From sequence record NC_009452.1: 23,814 bases of DNA; one strand, 5' to 3'. How positions within the stretch are numbered: the stretch's first letter is position 1; each line of letters begins with the position of its first letter. The position numbers and the translations under genes were made by a program. A model generated the notes under the pieces. The model searched no databases. It was not told the DNA's origin and worked only from the letters and a program-made list of their open reading frames with translations. Positions 23,514 to 23,814 of this stretch are shown one piece after another.

Positions 23514-23687
23514 ATGACAACAGTTACACAGAAACCCTTCACCGCTTCACCTTACATTTTTTCCACTACCCTTAGAACAACACAAACAGACGGTAATAAC
23601 GCTATCAACTCTCACTCACATACTCAAGCAGGTTACAACAACAGTTCAGAAAGATTTTTATACTTGATTTGCACATACATTACTTGA
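23514..23687 (+). CDS. Possible 57-aa ITR-encoded ORF (right copy)
   Basis: AAAAAG-CTTAAATA at 23469-23482, 32 nt upstream. A GCCCC/GGGGC stem follows the stop. Confidence 0.3.
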   Translation: MTTVTQKPFTASPYIFSTTLRTTQTDGNNAINSHSHTQAGYNNSSERFLYLICTYIT

Positions 23688-23799
23688 GAAAAAAGAAATG
23701 CCCCGAAAGAAAAGGGGCGAGACATAAAAATAATAAGAGAGAATAAATAATAATTAGTTAGGGATAATCTAATTAATAGAAATCTAATGCTCTACTGTC

Positions 23800-23814
23800 T
23801 CCCCCTTGGGGGGA
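23800..23814 (+). other. Terminal mini-hairpin TCCCCC-TTG-GGGGGA
   Basis: Self-complementary. The loop reads TT on the same strand as at the left end. Confidence 0.85.

Larger units (their letters stand above)
23225..23814. repeat. Right inverted terminal repeat (590 bp)
   Basis: Reverse complement of 1-590. Confidence 0.97.

Noticed and set aside
1-23814. tRNA, rRNA, integrase, transposase or provirus signatures
   Set aside because: No such motifs recognised; the window ends exactly at matching ITRs, consistent with a free linear genome.

Overview
The window looks like the complete genome of a linear dsDNA crenarchaeal virus. It has 590-bp inverted terminal repeats (1-590 and 23225-23814), archaeal TATA/BRE promoters and GGTGA Shine-Dalgarno motifs. 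Recognisable genes are a protein-primed-type family B DNA polymerase, a PD-(D/E)XK (Cas4/RecB-like) nuclease, a thymidylate kinase, a GT-B (GT4-like) glycosyltransferase and a ribbon-helix-helix protein. From memory, the length, ITR size and gene set match Acidianus bottle-shaped virus (ABV, Ampullaviridae); a BLAST search is needed to confirm. Layout: an outward-facing left replication block; a middle block of small soluble genes; a long rightward block of membrane, Cys-rich and repeat proteins (probably virion); and a right array of small acidic helical proteins. Most genes are orphans, but many fall into paralogous families visible in the sequence. The most interesting signals are: (1) the extreme termini both read CCCCC-TT-GGGGG on the same strand, breaking ITR symmetry in the way hairpin ends or end-tailing would; (2) the polymerase has a degenerate motif C and little room for TPR2; (3) two or three proteins are built from a [FY][AS]P repeat; (4) there are terminal arrays of helical paralogs, one split by a 1-nt frameshift; (5) helically phased repeats lie in the left non-coding region. 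No tRNA, rRNA, CRISPR array, integrase, transposase or packaging ATPase was recognised.
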